From NCBI GenBank assembly GCA_038087875.1, contig JAXLNO010000375.1, forward strand, positions 1 through 36,132: a DNA stretch of 36,132 nt, given 5' to 3'. Under the pieces are notes generated by a model. That model had not been told where the DNA came from and searched no databases. It saw only the letters and a list, made by a program, of their open reading frames with translations. The DNA is from Malacoraja senta (Eukaryota). The position numbers were made by a program, and so were the translations under genes. This document shows, one piece after another, positions 23,401 to 35,310 of this stretch (positions are counted from its first letter, which is position 1; the number at the start of each line of letters is the position of its first letter).

Positions 23401-26400
23401 AGTTGGAGTTGGAGTTCGAGTTTGAGATAGATTTGAGGGTCGAGAGAATTCGAGTTCGAGATAGTTCGAGTTAGATTTCAAGTTCGAGCTCGAGTTCGAG
23501 TTAAATGAATGAATGAATGAATGAATGAATGAATGAATGAATGAATGAATGAATGAATGAATGAATAGCGTTAGAGTTCGAATTCGAATTCGAGTTCGAG
23601 ATCGAGTTCGAGATAGAGTTCGAGTTCTAGAGAAAGTTCGAGATAGACTTCGAATTCGAGATAGATTTCGAGCGACATAAAGTTTGTGAAAGAGTTCGAG
23701 TTCGAGATAGTGTTCGGGTTCGCAATCAGGTTCGGGCTCGAGTTAGAGTTCAATGAATGAATGAATAAATGAATGAATGAATGAATAAGTTTACTGGCCA
23801 AGTATTCGCATACAACGAATTTGCCTTGGTGCTCCGCCCGTAAGTCGAACTCCAACTCGAGTTCGAGATAGTATATGAGTTCCAGTTTCTCGTTCGAGTT
23901 CTAGATAGTTCGAGTTCGAGATAGAGTTCGAGTTCGAGTTCGTATTCGAGTTCGCGAAAGAGTTCGAGATAGATATAGAGTTCGTGATAAAATTCCAGAT
24001 AGAGTTGGAGTTCGTTCGATTTGGAGTTGGAGTTCGAGTTCGCGTTCGAGTTCGAGTTCGAGATAGAGTTCGAGTACGAGTTACAGTGCGAGTTCGAGTT
24101 CTAGTACGAGTTCAAGATAGAGTTCGAGATCGAGTTCGAGAGAGTTCGAGCGAGAGTGATTTCGAGTTCGAGATACAGTAAATGAATGAATGAATGAATG
24201 AATGAATGCATAAGTTTATTGGCTATGCATTCACATACAAGGAGTTTGTTTTGGTGCTCCGCCCGCAAGTCGATAGAGATAGAGTTCGAGTTCGAGATGG
24301 AGTTCGTGATAGAATTAGAGTTAGAGTTCGAGTTCATGTTCGAGTTGGAGTTGGTTCGAGTTCATGTTCGAGTTGGAGTTCGAGTTCAAATTCGTTTGAG
24401 TTCGTGTTCGAGTTCGAGTTGAATGAATGAATGAATGGATGAATGAATGAATGAATACGTTTATTGGCCAAGTATTCACATACAAGGAATTTGCCTTGGT
24501 GCTCCGCCAGTAAGTCGAAATCCAACTCGAGTTCGAGATCGAATTCGAGTTCGAGTTCGAGATAGATTTCGAGTTCGAGATAGAGTTCGAGGTCGAGATA
24601 GTTCGAGTTTGAATTCGAGTTTTAGCTAGAGATAGAGTTCGAGTTCAAGATAGAGTTCGAGTTCAAGATAGAGTTCCAGTTTGAGATCGAGTTTTAGATC
24701 GAGTTCGCGTTCGAGATAGATCGAGATAGAGTTCGAGTTCGAGAGAGAGTTCGAGATAGTTCGAGTTCGAGCTAAGAGTTCGAGTTAGAGATTGAGTACG
24801 AGTTCGAGTTTTGGTTAGAGAGAGTGAGATCGAGATAGAGTTCGAGTTCGAATTCGAGTTCGAGTTTGAATTCGAGTTCGAGTTCGAGATAGAATACGAG
24901 TTCTATTTCGAGATAGAATTCGAGTTCGAGTTCGTTCGAGCTCGAGTTCGAGTTGAATGAATGAAAGGATGTATACGTTTATTGACTAAGTATTCACCAA
25001 GTTTATTGGGCAAGATTTATGCCTTGGTTCTCCGCCCGAAATTCGAACCGGAACTCGAGTTCGCGATAGTTCGAGTTCTAGATAGGGTTCGAGATTGAGG
25101 TAGAGATCGAGATCGAGTTCGAGAGAGAGTTCGAGATAGATTTCGAGATAAATTTCCAGTTCGAGATAGCGTTCGAGTTCGAGATTGAGTTCGAGATAGA
25201 GTTCGAGATCGAGATAGAGATCGAGATCGAGTTCGAGTTAGAGAGAGAGTTCCATATAGAGTTCGAATACAAGATAGTTCGAGTTCGAGTTCAAGATAGT
25301 TCGAGTTCGAGTTCGAGTTCGCGTTCGAGTTAGTTCGAGATAGAGTTCGAGTTCGAATTCGAATTTTAGCTAGAAATAGTTCGAGTTCAAGATAGATTTC
25401 GAGTTCGAGTTCAAACTAAAGTTCGAGTTCGAGATCGAGATCGAGTTTGAGATCGAGTTCGCGTTCGAGATAGTTCGAGAGAGAGTTCGAGATAGTTCAA
25501 GTTCGAGAGAGAGTTCGAGATATTTCGAGTTCGAGATAAGTTCGAGTTCGAGATAGTTCGAGTTCGAGATAGAATACGAGTTCGAGTTCGAGTTTTAGTT
25601 AGAGAGAGAGCGAGAGAGATAGTTCGAGTTCGTTCGAGCTCGAGTTCGAGTTGAATGAATGAAAGAATGTATCAATTTATTGACTAAGTATTCACCAAGT
25701 TTATTGGCCAAGATTGTTGCCTTGGTGCTCCGCCCGAAAGTCGAACCCGAACTCGAGTTCGAGATAGTTCGAGTTCGAGATAGGGTTCGAGATCGAGATA
25801 GAGATCGAGATCGAGATCGAGTTCGAGATCCAGGGAGAGAGAGATAGATTTCGAGATAAATTTCGAGTTCGAGATAGTTCGAGTTCGAGATAGTTCGAGT
25901 TCGAGATAGAGTTCGAGTTCGAGATAGTTCGAGATCGAGTTGAGATCGAGATCGAGTTCGAGTTCGAGAGCAAGTTCCAGATAGAGTTCGAGTTCAAGAT
26001 AGAGTTCGAGTTTGAGTTCGAGATCTAGTTCGCGTTATTGATAGTTCGAGATAGAGTTCGAGTTCGAGATAAGAGTTCGAGTTCGAGATAGCGTACGAGT
26101 TCGAGTTTTAGTTCGAGAGAGAGTTCGAGTTGAAGGAATGAATGAATGAATGAATGAATTAGTTTATTGGCCAAGTATTCACAAACAAGAAATTTGCCTT
26201 GTTGCTCCGCCCGTAAGTCGAAATCCAACGAGTTCGAGATCGAATTCGAGTTCGAGTTCGAGATAGATTTCGAGTTCGAGTTCGAGATAGATTTCGAGTT
26301 CGAGATAAAGTTCGAGGTCGGGATAGTTCAAATTCGAATTCCAGTTTTAGCTAGAGATAGAGTTCGGGTTCAAGATAAATTTTGAGATCGAATTCAAGAT

Positions 26401-27371
26401 AAAGTTCGTGTTCGAGATCGAGATCTAGTTTGAGATCGAGTTCGCGTTTGAGATAGTTCGAGATAGACATCGAGATAGAGTTCAAGTTCGAGAGAGATTT
26501 CGAGATATTTCGAAATTGAGTTCGAGATAGTTCGAGTTCGAGATAGAGTACGATTTCGAGTTTTAGTTAGAGAGAGAGTTCGAGATAGACTTCGAGTTCA
26601 AGTTGGAGTTCGAGTTCGAGTTGGAGTTCGAGTTCGAGATAGAGTTCGAGATAGAGTTCGAGTTCGAGTTCAAGTTCGAGCTCGTGTTCGAGTTAAATGA
26701 ATGTATGAATGAATGAATACGTTTATTGCCAATTATTCACATACAAGGAATTTGCCTTGGTGCTCCGCCGGGAGCTCGAACTCCAACTCGAGTTCGAGAT
26801 CGATTTCTAGTTCGGGTTCGAGATAGACCGAGTTCCAGATAGAGTTCGAGGCCGAGATATTTAGTTCGAATTCGAGTTTTAGCTGGAGATAGAGTTCGAG
26901 TTCAAGATAGAGTTCGAGTTCGAGTTCGAGATCGAGTTCGCGTTCGAGATAGTTCGGGATAGTTCGAGTTCGAGTTCGAGTTCGAGAGACAGTTCGAGAT
27001 ATAGTTCGAGATAAGAGTTCGAGTTCGAGTTCGAGTTCGAGTTCGAGTTGACTGAATGAATGAATGATGAAGGAATGAATGAATGTTTATCGGACATTTA
27101 TTCACATACAAGGAATTTGCCTTGGAGCTCCGCCCGCAAGTGGAACTCGAGCTCGAGTTTGACATCGAGTTCGAGATGGAGATGGAGATTGAGTTCGAGT
27201 TCGAGATAGAGTTCGTGATAGAGTTGGAGTTCGAGTTCAAGTTTGAGCTCGAGTTCGAGTTAAATGAATGAATGAATGAATACGTTTATTGGCAAAGTAT
27301 TCACATACTAGGTGTTTGCCGTGGTGCTCCGCCCGTAAATCGAAATCCAACTCGGGTTCGAGATCGAATTC
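23401..27371 (-). repeat. Composite satellite array, reverse orientation
   Basis: Cores at about 23789, 24214, 24459, 24977, 25675, 26163, 26721, 27085 and 27284, each preceded on + by (GAAT)n. Confidence 0.93.
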
Positions 27372-27372
27372 C

Positions 27373-27876
27373 GTTGTGATAGGGGATAGTATTATTCGGG
27401 GGGTAGATAAGGTTCTCTGCGGCCAGCAGAACATGTCCCGAAGGCTGTGTTGCCTACCCGGTGCTAGGGTTAAGGATATCTCTGCGATGCTGGAGAGAAA
27501 TTTGCAGAGTGAGGGGGAGGATCCAGTGGTCGTGGTCCATGTGGGGACCAATGACATAGGAAGGACGAGGAAGGAGGATCTGCTGAACGAGTTTGAGCAG
27601 TTAGGGAATAAATTAAAAAGCAGAACCTCGAGGGTACTGATCTCCGGATTGCTACCTGAGCCACGGGCCAAATCGGCGAGGGTACGTAAAATTAAAAAGC
27701 TGAATGCGTGGCTCAAAGACTGGTGTGGGAAAAATGGGTTTGGTTTCTTGGGCCACTGGCACCAGTACTGGGACAGGGGGGATCTGTTCTGTAAGGACGG
27801 ACTTCACCTGAACGGTGCTGGGACTGGGGTCCTGGCAAATCATATAACTAGGGCAGTAGAGAGGTCTTTAAACTAA
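27373..27876 (+). pseudogene. CR1 ORF1 C-terminal SGNH-type esterase domain (N-terminus missing)
   Basis: VVIGDSIIRG, LPGARVKD, VHVGTND, DGLHLN match SGNH blocks I, II, III and V; frame is open. Confidence 0.88.
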
Positions 27877-27983
27877 GTAGCGGGGGGGAGGTATCAAGGG
27901 GGGTAATAAAGGCAGGGGTAGAGGAAATAGAGCAGGGTATCAGTGGGGAAACGGAAAATCAAAATGTGACAGGAGGATCCAGA

Positions 27984-30869
27984 ATGTGTGAAGATAAAGC
28001 TCTAGATGTAAAAGGGGCAAAAACAGAAAGGAAGGGTAGTAAAAATCATCTGAAAGTGCTGTATCTAAATGCACGGAGTATTCGAAATAAGATAAATGAA
28101 TTAACGGTGCAATTAAGTATATATAGTTATGATATCGTGGCCATTACGGAGACATGGCTGCAAGGGGATCAGGATTGGGAGTTAAATATAGAGGGGTACT
28201 CGACAATTAGAAAAGATAGACAGGAAAGAAAGGGAGGAGGGGTGGCCCTTTTAATAAGGGAGGGAATAACGGCAACAGAGAGGAAGGATATTGCGTTGAA
28301 GGATCAGGATAGTGAAACAGCTTGGGTACAGATAGAGAATAACAAGGGGGAAAAAACACTAGTGGGTGTAATTTATAGACCTCCAAATAGCTGTGACGCT
28401 GTTAGTCAGAACATAAATCTGCAAATAGTTGACGCATGTAAAAAGGGAACTGCTGTAATCATGGGGGACTTCAATTTTCATATTAATTGGGCAAACCAAA
28501 CTGGGCAGGGTAGACTAGAGGAAGAGTTTATAGAATGTATTAGAGATGGGTTCCTAGAACAGTATGTCACAGAACCGACAAGGGGGGAGGCAATCTTGGA
28601 TCTGGTCCTGTGTAATGAAGCAGGATTAATTAAAAATGTCATAGTTAGGGACTCGTTGGGAACAAGTGACCACAATATGGTCGAATTCCATATTCAAATA
28701 GAAGGGGAGCAGGTTGAAACTCAGGCTAGGGTACTTAGTTTAAATAAGGGGGATTATGAAGGTATGAGGACTGAGCTGATCAAAGTTGACTGGGATAGCA
28801 GACTCAAGAATAAGACGGTACATGAGCAGTGGTGTACGTTTAAGGATCTACTGTATAACCTTCAAGAAAAATTTATTCCTATGAAGAAAAAAAGGGGTAA
28901 GGGAAAGAACAGTCAGCCATGGCTCAGTAAAACTATAAAGGATAGTATTCGGCTGAAGGCAAGGGCATATAAGGTAGCCAGAGATAGTGGGAGGGTAGAG
29001 GATTGGGAAGCATTTAAAGGTCAGCAAAAAATAACTAAGAGATTAATTAAGACGGGGAAAATAGACTATGAAAGGAATTTAGCGAACAACATAAAAACTA
29101 ATAGTAAGAGTTTTTATAGCTATATAAAAAGAAAAAGGGTGGCTAAGGTGAACGTTGGTCCATTGGAGGGTGAGACTGGAGAGTTGTAGGTGGGGAACAT
29201 GAAAATGGCAAAGGCATTAAACGAGTATTTTGTATCAGTCTTCACCATAGAAGACACAAAAAATATTCCAACGCTGGATAAACAGGGGGCGGTAGGAATG
29301 GAGGAGCTAAATACTATTAAGATCACCAAGGAGGTGGTATTAGGGAAATTAATGAGACTGAAGGAGGATAAATCCCCTGGGCCTGATGGATTACATCCAA
29401 GGGTCTTGAGGGAGATAGCGGTGGGGATTGTGGATGCATTGGTGATAATTTTCCAAAACTCCCTGGAGGCAGGAACGGTCCCAGTGGATTGGAAAATGGC
29501 CAATGTAACACCTATATTTAAAAAAGGAAGTAAACAGAAGGCGGGTAACTATAGACCGGTTAGTCTAACATCGGTGGTGGGTAAAATGTTAGAGACAATT
29601 ATTAAAGAAACACTAACGGGGCACTTGGATAAACATGACTTCATCGGACAGAACCAGCATGGTTTTGTGAAGGGGAAGTCCTGTTTAACGAATCTGCTCG
29701 AATTCTTTGAGGAAGTAACAACCCGGGTGGATAAAGGGGAACCGGTGGATGTGGTATACTTGGACTTCCAAAAGGCTTTTGACAAGGTGCCACATAAGAG
29801 ACTATTGCTAAAAATAAAAAATTATGGGATTGGGGTTAATATATTAGCATGGGTAGAGGATTGGCTAACAAATAGGAAGCAGAGAGTGGGGATAAATGGT
29901 TCATACTCGGGATGGCAACCGGTAACTAGCGGGGTTCCGCAAGGGTCGGTGCTGGGACCCCAGTTGTTCACAATTTATATAAATGATTTGGAGGAGGGAA
30001 CCAAGTGTAATATATCAAAATTTGCGGACGATACAAAAATGGGAGGAAAAGTAGGGGATGAGGAGGATAGGAAGAGTCTGCAAAAGGATATAGATAAGCT
30101 AGGTGAGTGGGCAACAACTTGGCAGATGAAATTTAATACTAATAAATGTGAAGTCATTCACTTTGGGAAAAAAAATGATAGGGCAAGTTATTTTCTAAAT
30201 GAGGTGGAGCTGCGTTGTAATGCAACGCAAAGGGATCTAGGGGTAGTAGTACATGAATCACTAAAAGTTAGTATGCAGGTGCAGCAAGCAATCAGGAAGG
30301 CCAATGGAGTTTTGGCCTTTATTGCTAGGGGGATTGAGTATAAAAACACGGAGGTCTTGCTGCAGCTGTACACAGTATTAGTGAGACCACATTTGGAATA
30401 CTGTGTACAGTTCTGGGGTCCATACTTAAGAAAGGATGTACTGGCCCTGGAGGCAGTGCAGCGAAGGTTTACAAGATTAATTCCTGCAATGAGGGGATTG
30501 ACATATGAGGAAAGGTTAAGTAGGCTGGAACTCTACTCTTTGGAGTTTAGAAGAATGAGAGGCGATCTCATTGAAACATATAAGATCGTGAGGGGCTTTG
30601 ATCGGGTGGATGCACCGAGGATGTTCCCAATGATCGGGGAAACTAGAACTAGGGGACATAGTTGTAGAATAAGGGGGGGCTCTTTTAAAACTGAGATGAG
30701 GAAGAACTTCTTCACCCAGAGGGTGGTTAATTTATGGAATTCACTGCCCCAGGGAGCAGTGGAAGCAGAAACATTAAATATATTTAAGTCTAAAATAGAT
30801 GTTTTTTTAGCTGCCAAGGGGATAAGGGTTACGGGGAGAGGGCAGGGATATGGACCTAGGTATGGTTAG
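27984..30869 (+). pseudogene. CR1 ORF2 (AP endonuclease + RT) with one in-frame TAG (29187-29189) and a probable terminal frameshift
   Basis: YLNARS, ITETWL, GDFN, SDH; KSPGPDG, NYRPVSLTS, YLDFQKAFD, GVPQGSVLGP, KFADDTK. The 407-aa and 559-aa ORFs abut in the same frame. Confidence 0.93.
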
Positions 30870-31193
30870 TATAGTAAGACCTGAGTGATCTCCTGGACAA
30901 GTGTCGATCGCCTGGATTGGGGTCGGAGAGGAATTTCCCGGATTTTTTTCCCGAATTGGACCTGGGTTTTTATCCGTTTTTTTGCCTCCCCCAGGAGATC
31001 ACGCGGTTCTTGGGGTGGAGAGGGTGATAGCGGTATAAAGGGGAGGGTAGTGTCTTGTGTTCTGTGTCTTGTGTCTACTGTTTGTGGGTAGGGGTGTCTG
31101 TTTAGTGTTCAGCCATGAGCGAATGGCGGTGCGGGCTCGATGGGCCTGGTGGTCTACTCTCGCACCTACTTTCTATGTTTCTATGTTTCTATG

Positions 31194-34100
31194 AGAGAGA
31201 TTTCGAGTTCGAGATAAAGTTCGAGGTCGAGATAGTTCGAGTTCGGATTCGAGTTTTAGCTGGAGATAGTTCGTTCAAGATAGAGTTCGAGTTCAAGATA
31301 AAGTTCGAGTTCGAGATCGAGTTTGAGATCGAGTTCGCGTTCGAGATAGTTTGAGATCGAGTTCGCGTTCGAGATAGTTCGAGATAGAGTTCGAGATAGA
31401 GTTCGGGATTGAGTTCGAGCTAGATTACGAGTTCCAGCTCGAGTTCGAGTTGAATGAATGAAAAAATGGTTGAATGAATGAATGAATGAATGTATGAATT
31501 AATTAATTTATTGGCCAAGTGTTCACATACAAGGAATTTGCCTTGGAGGTACGCCAGCAAGTCGAACTCCAACCCGAGTTCGAGATAGAGTTCGAGATGG
31601 AGTACGAGTTCGAGTTCAAGTTCAAGTTCGAGCTCGAGTTCGAGTTAAATGAATGAATGAATGAATGAATGAATGAATGAATGAATAAGTTTATTGGCCA
31701 AGTATTTACATACTAGGTGTTTGCCTCGGTGCTCCGCCCGTAAGTCGAAATCCGACGAGTTCGAGATCGAATTCGAGTTCGAGTTCGAGCTCGAGATCGA
31801 GTTCGAGATAGAGTTCGCGTTTGAGTTCGAGAGCGAGTTCGAGTTCGAGTTGACTGAATGAATGAATGAATGAATGAATGAATACGTTCACTGGACATGT
31901 ATTCACATACACGGAATTTGCCTTGGTGCTCCGCCCGCAAGTCGAATTCCAACTCGATTTTGCGATCCGAGAGAGTACGAGATCGAGTGCGAGTTCGAGA
32001 GCGAGTTCGAGTTCGAGATAGAGTTCGTGATCGAGTTCGAGTTCTAGTTGAAGTTGGAGTTGGAGTTGGAGTTCGAGTTCGAGATATTGGTCGAGTTCGA
32101 GATAGTTCGAGTTCGAGATAGAGTTCGGGTTCGAGTTCAAGTTCGAGCTCGAGGTCGAGTTAAATGAATGAATGAATGAATAAGTTTATTGGCCAATATT
32201 CACATACAAGGAATTTGCCTTGGTGCTCCGCCCGTAACTCGAACTCGAGTTCGAAATCGAATTCGAGATAGATTTCGAGTTCCAGTAGGAGTTCGAGTTC
32301 GAGTTAGATTTCGAGTTCGAGATAGCGTTCGATGTCGAGATATTTAGAGTTCGAATTCGAGTTTTAGGCAGAGATAATAATAATAATAATATTAATGGAT
32401 GGCATTTATATAGCGCCTTTCTAATACTCAAGGCGCTATACTCAAGTTCGAGTTCAAGATAGAGTTCCAGTTCGAGTTCAAGATAGATTTCGAGTTCGAG
32501 TTCAAGATCGAGTTCGCGTTCGAGATAATTGGAGTTCGAGGTATAGTTCGAGAGAGAGAGAGATTTCCAGATAGAGTTCGAGTTCAAGATAAGAATTCGA
32601 GTTCGAGATAGAGTTCCAGTTCGAGATAGAGTACGAGTTCGAGTTCATTGAGATCGAATTCTATTTCGAGTTCCAGTTCGAGTTCGAGAACGAGTTCGCG
32701 TTCGATTGAGAGTTCGTGATAGAGATCGAGTTCGAGATAAGTTACAGTTCGATATAGTTCCATTTCGAATTCGAGATCGAGTTCGTGAAAGAGTTCGAGT
32801 TCAATTTCGAGTTGAAGTTGGAGTTGGAGTTGGAGTTGGAGTTCGAGTGAGTTCGAGTTCGAGTTCGAGAGAGAGTTCGAGATAGAGTTCGAGTTCGAGA
32901 TAGAGTTCGTTCGAATTCGAGTTCGAGAAAGAGTTAGAGTTAGAATTCGAGTTCGAGTTCGAGTTCGAATTCAATTTCGAGTTCGACATCGAGTTCGAGA
33001 TGGAGTTCGAATTCGAAGTCGAGTTCGAGATAGAGTTGGAGTTCGAGTTCGGGAGTGATTTCGACATATATTTCGAGAGAGTTAGAGTTCGAGATAGTGT
33101 TCGAGGTCGAGATAGAGTTCCTGAAATAGTTCGAGATAGTTCGAGTTCAAGTTCGAGTTGGAATTGGAGTTGGAGTTCGAGGTAGTGTTCGCGTTCGAGA
33201 TAGATCGAGTTCGAGATAGAGTTCGAGCTCGAGATATAGTTCGAGTTCGAGTTCGAGTTCGAGTACGAGTTCGAGTTCGAGTACGAGTTCGAGTTCGAGT
33301 TCGAGTGCGAGTTCGTGATATAGTTCGAGTCCAAGTTCGAGTTGGAATCGGAGTTGGAGTTCAATAGAGTACAAGTTTGAGATATAGTTCGACTTCGAGT
33401 TCAAGGACGAGTTCGAGATCGAGTTCGAGATCGAGTTCTGGTTCGAGAGAGATAGTTCGAGATAGAGTTCGAGATACAGTTAGAGTTCGAATTCGAGTTC
33501 GAGATAGAGTTCGAGTTCTAGTTCTTTCGATTTCGAGTTGAATGAATGAATGAACGAATGAATGAATGAATGAATTTATTGGCCAAGTCTTCACATACAA
33601 GGAATTTGCCTTGGTGCTCCGCCCGCGTCGAACTCCAACTCGAGTTTGAAATAGAGTTCGAGGTCGAGATGGTGTTCGAGATAGAGTTTGTGTTCGACAG
33701 AGTGTTCGATATATAGTTCGAGATCGAGTTCCAGATCGAGTTCGAGTTCGAGAGAGTGTTCGAGGTAGATTTCGAGGTCGAGATAGAGTTCGAGTTCGAG
33801 ATATACGAGTTCGAATTCGAGTTCGAGATAGTTCGAGTTCGAGTTCGAGTTGAATGAATGAATGAATGAATGAATGAATGAATGAATAAAAGAATGAATG
33901 AATGAATGAATGAAATAATGAATGAACGAATGAATGAATGAATGAATAAATACATTTATTGGCCAAGTATTCACATACAAGGAATTTGCCTTGGTGCTCC
34001 GCTAGGAAGAACTCCAACTCGTTCGAGATTAGGTTCGAGTTCGATTTCGAGTTCGAGTTTGTAATAGAGTTCGAGTTCGAGTTCGAGTTGAATGAATGAA

Positions 34101-34388
34101 TGAAAGAATGAATGAATAAATGAATGAATGAATGAATGAATGAATGAATGAATGAATGAATACGTTTATTGTCCAAGTATTCACAAACAAGGAATTTGCT
34201 TTGGTGGTCCGTCAGCAAGTCGAACTCCAACTCGAGTTCGAGTTCGAGTTCGAGATCGTATTCGAGTTCGAGTTCGAATTCGAGTTCGAGATAGAGTGCG
34301 AGTTCGAGAGAAAGTTCGAGAGAGTTCGAGTTCGAGATAGAGTGCGAGTTCGAGAGAAAGTTCGAGAGAGTTCGAGTTCGAGTTCGAG
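31194..34388 (-). repeat. Composite satellite array, reverse orientation
   Basis: Cores at about 31508, 31689, 31886, 32184, 33574, 33955 and 34164; long core-free (GTTCGA)n stretch 32240-33540. Confidence 0.93.
32374..32440 (-). mobile_element. Bare 3' tail of an L2-type LINE or SINE
   Basis: Minus strand tatagcgccttgagtattagaaaggcgctatataaatgccatcc...(tat)n: 11-bp stem-loop, TATAAAT and (TAT)n, resembling fish L2 3' ends. Confidence 0.7.
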
Positions 34389-35093
34389 TTTATTTTATTT
34401 TATTTTATTTTATTCTTTATTTCGAACAGAATAAAAGAATAAAAAGCAAGTGTGAAATAGCATACAAATAAACAAAACAAGAATATTTATAAAGTGTCAT
34501 AAACAATATCTATAAATAAATGAAATCGTATGTGTCCGAAAAGGAGCAGGAAGAAGCCAAAGCGTATTATTTCCCACCCCCTTATTCAACTGCTTATAAT
34601 TATCGTATACACATTTAGCAGCTATATGTACACCATATGTACACCAGCAGCTATTTACATTTATACACTAATCAAATATTTACAGCCATACAACAAAGAG
34701 AGAAAAAAGAAAAGAAAAAACCCTCATATACTATACAGTATCCCTCAGTCATATATATAACCCATAACCCTCATATACTATACAGTATCCCTTAGTCATA
34801 TATACAACCCATCACCCTATAATCACCCTTCCCGATACAATCAGTATAACAAATATCCCACTCACAATCACTTATCCTCATCCCAATATCCTTTAAAAAA
34901 GTGCTTTTGTACATCTGTTTAAACTGAATTATGTTTGTGCTAAGCTTTATCTCCTGTTCCAGACCATTCCACAAATTCACCCGACAGATTGCAATGCACA
35001 TAATTTTAAGAGTTGTTCTGACATTGAATTTTTTTAAATTATTTTCCCCTCTCAAATTATACCCACCCTGTCTTTCCATAAACAGTTTTTCTC
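34389..35093 (-). mobile_element. L2/Crack-like LINE 3' fragment, inverted copy of 10414-11133
   Basis: Reverse-complement match to the left copy; ORF 34792-35079. Confidence 0.7.
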
Positions 35094-35310
35094 GAGTTCA
35101 AGATCAAGTTCGAGCTCGAGTTCGAATTGAATGAATGACTGAATGAATGAATGAAGGAATGAATGAAAGAATGAACGCGTTTATTGGCCCAGTACTCACA
35201 TACAGGGAAGTTGCCTTGGTGCTCCGCCCGCATGTCGAACTCAAACTCGAGTTCGAGATCGAGTTCGAGTTCGAGATAGAGAACGGATTCGCGTTCGAGT
35301 TAGTTCGAGT
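35094..35310 (-). repeat. Composite satellite block, inverted copy of 10196-10413
   Basis: Same core variant (cttccctgtatgtgagtact) at about 35179-35233. Confidence 0.9.

Larger units (their letters stand above)
27372..31193 (+). mobile_element. CR1 LINE, 5'-truncated in ORF1, nearly intact ORF2
   Basis: ORF1 esterase, ORF2 APE-RT, 3' UTR and (CTATGTTT)n octamer tail. Confidence 0.95.

Noticed and set aside
23401..27371. GTTCGA as tandem Pol III B-boxes or tRNA genes
   Set aside because: Units mostly fail GWTCRANNC at the last base; no A-box or cloverleaf seen.
27289..27372. N-terminus of the 195-aa ORF as the CR1 ORF1 start
   Set aside because: It is satellite core sequence read in frame by chance, from a non-ATG start.
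32240..33540. (AACTCG)n as a telomeric repeat variant
   Set aside because: It differs from (AACCCT)n at 2 of 6 positions and no TTAGGG arrays are present.
23401..34388. CRISPR-like repeat/spacer appearance
   Set aside because: Spacers are variable-length microsatellite, the cores are diverged, there are no cas genes and the context is eukaryotic.
31194..34434. ORFs rich in SN, EL, RV, EF and HSFI repeats (also at 8550-8870, 11088-11865, 23571-27271)
   Set aside because: Translations of (TCGAAC)n and (TTCA)n, which lack stops in most frames; no coding evidence.
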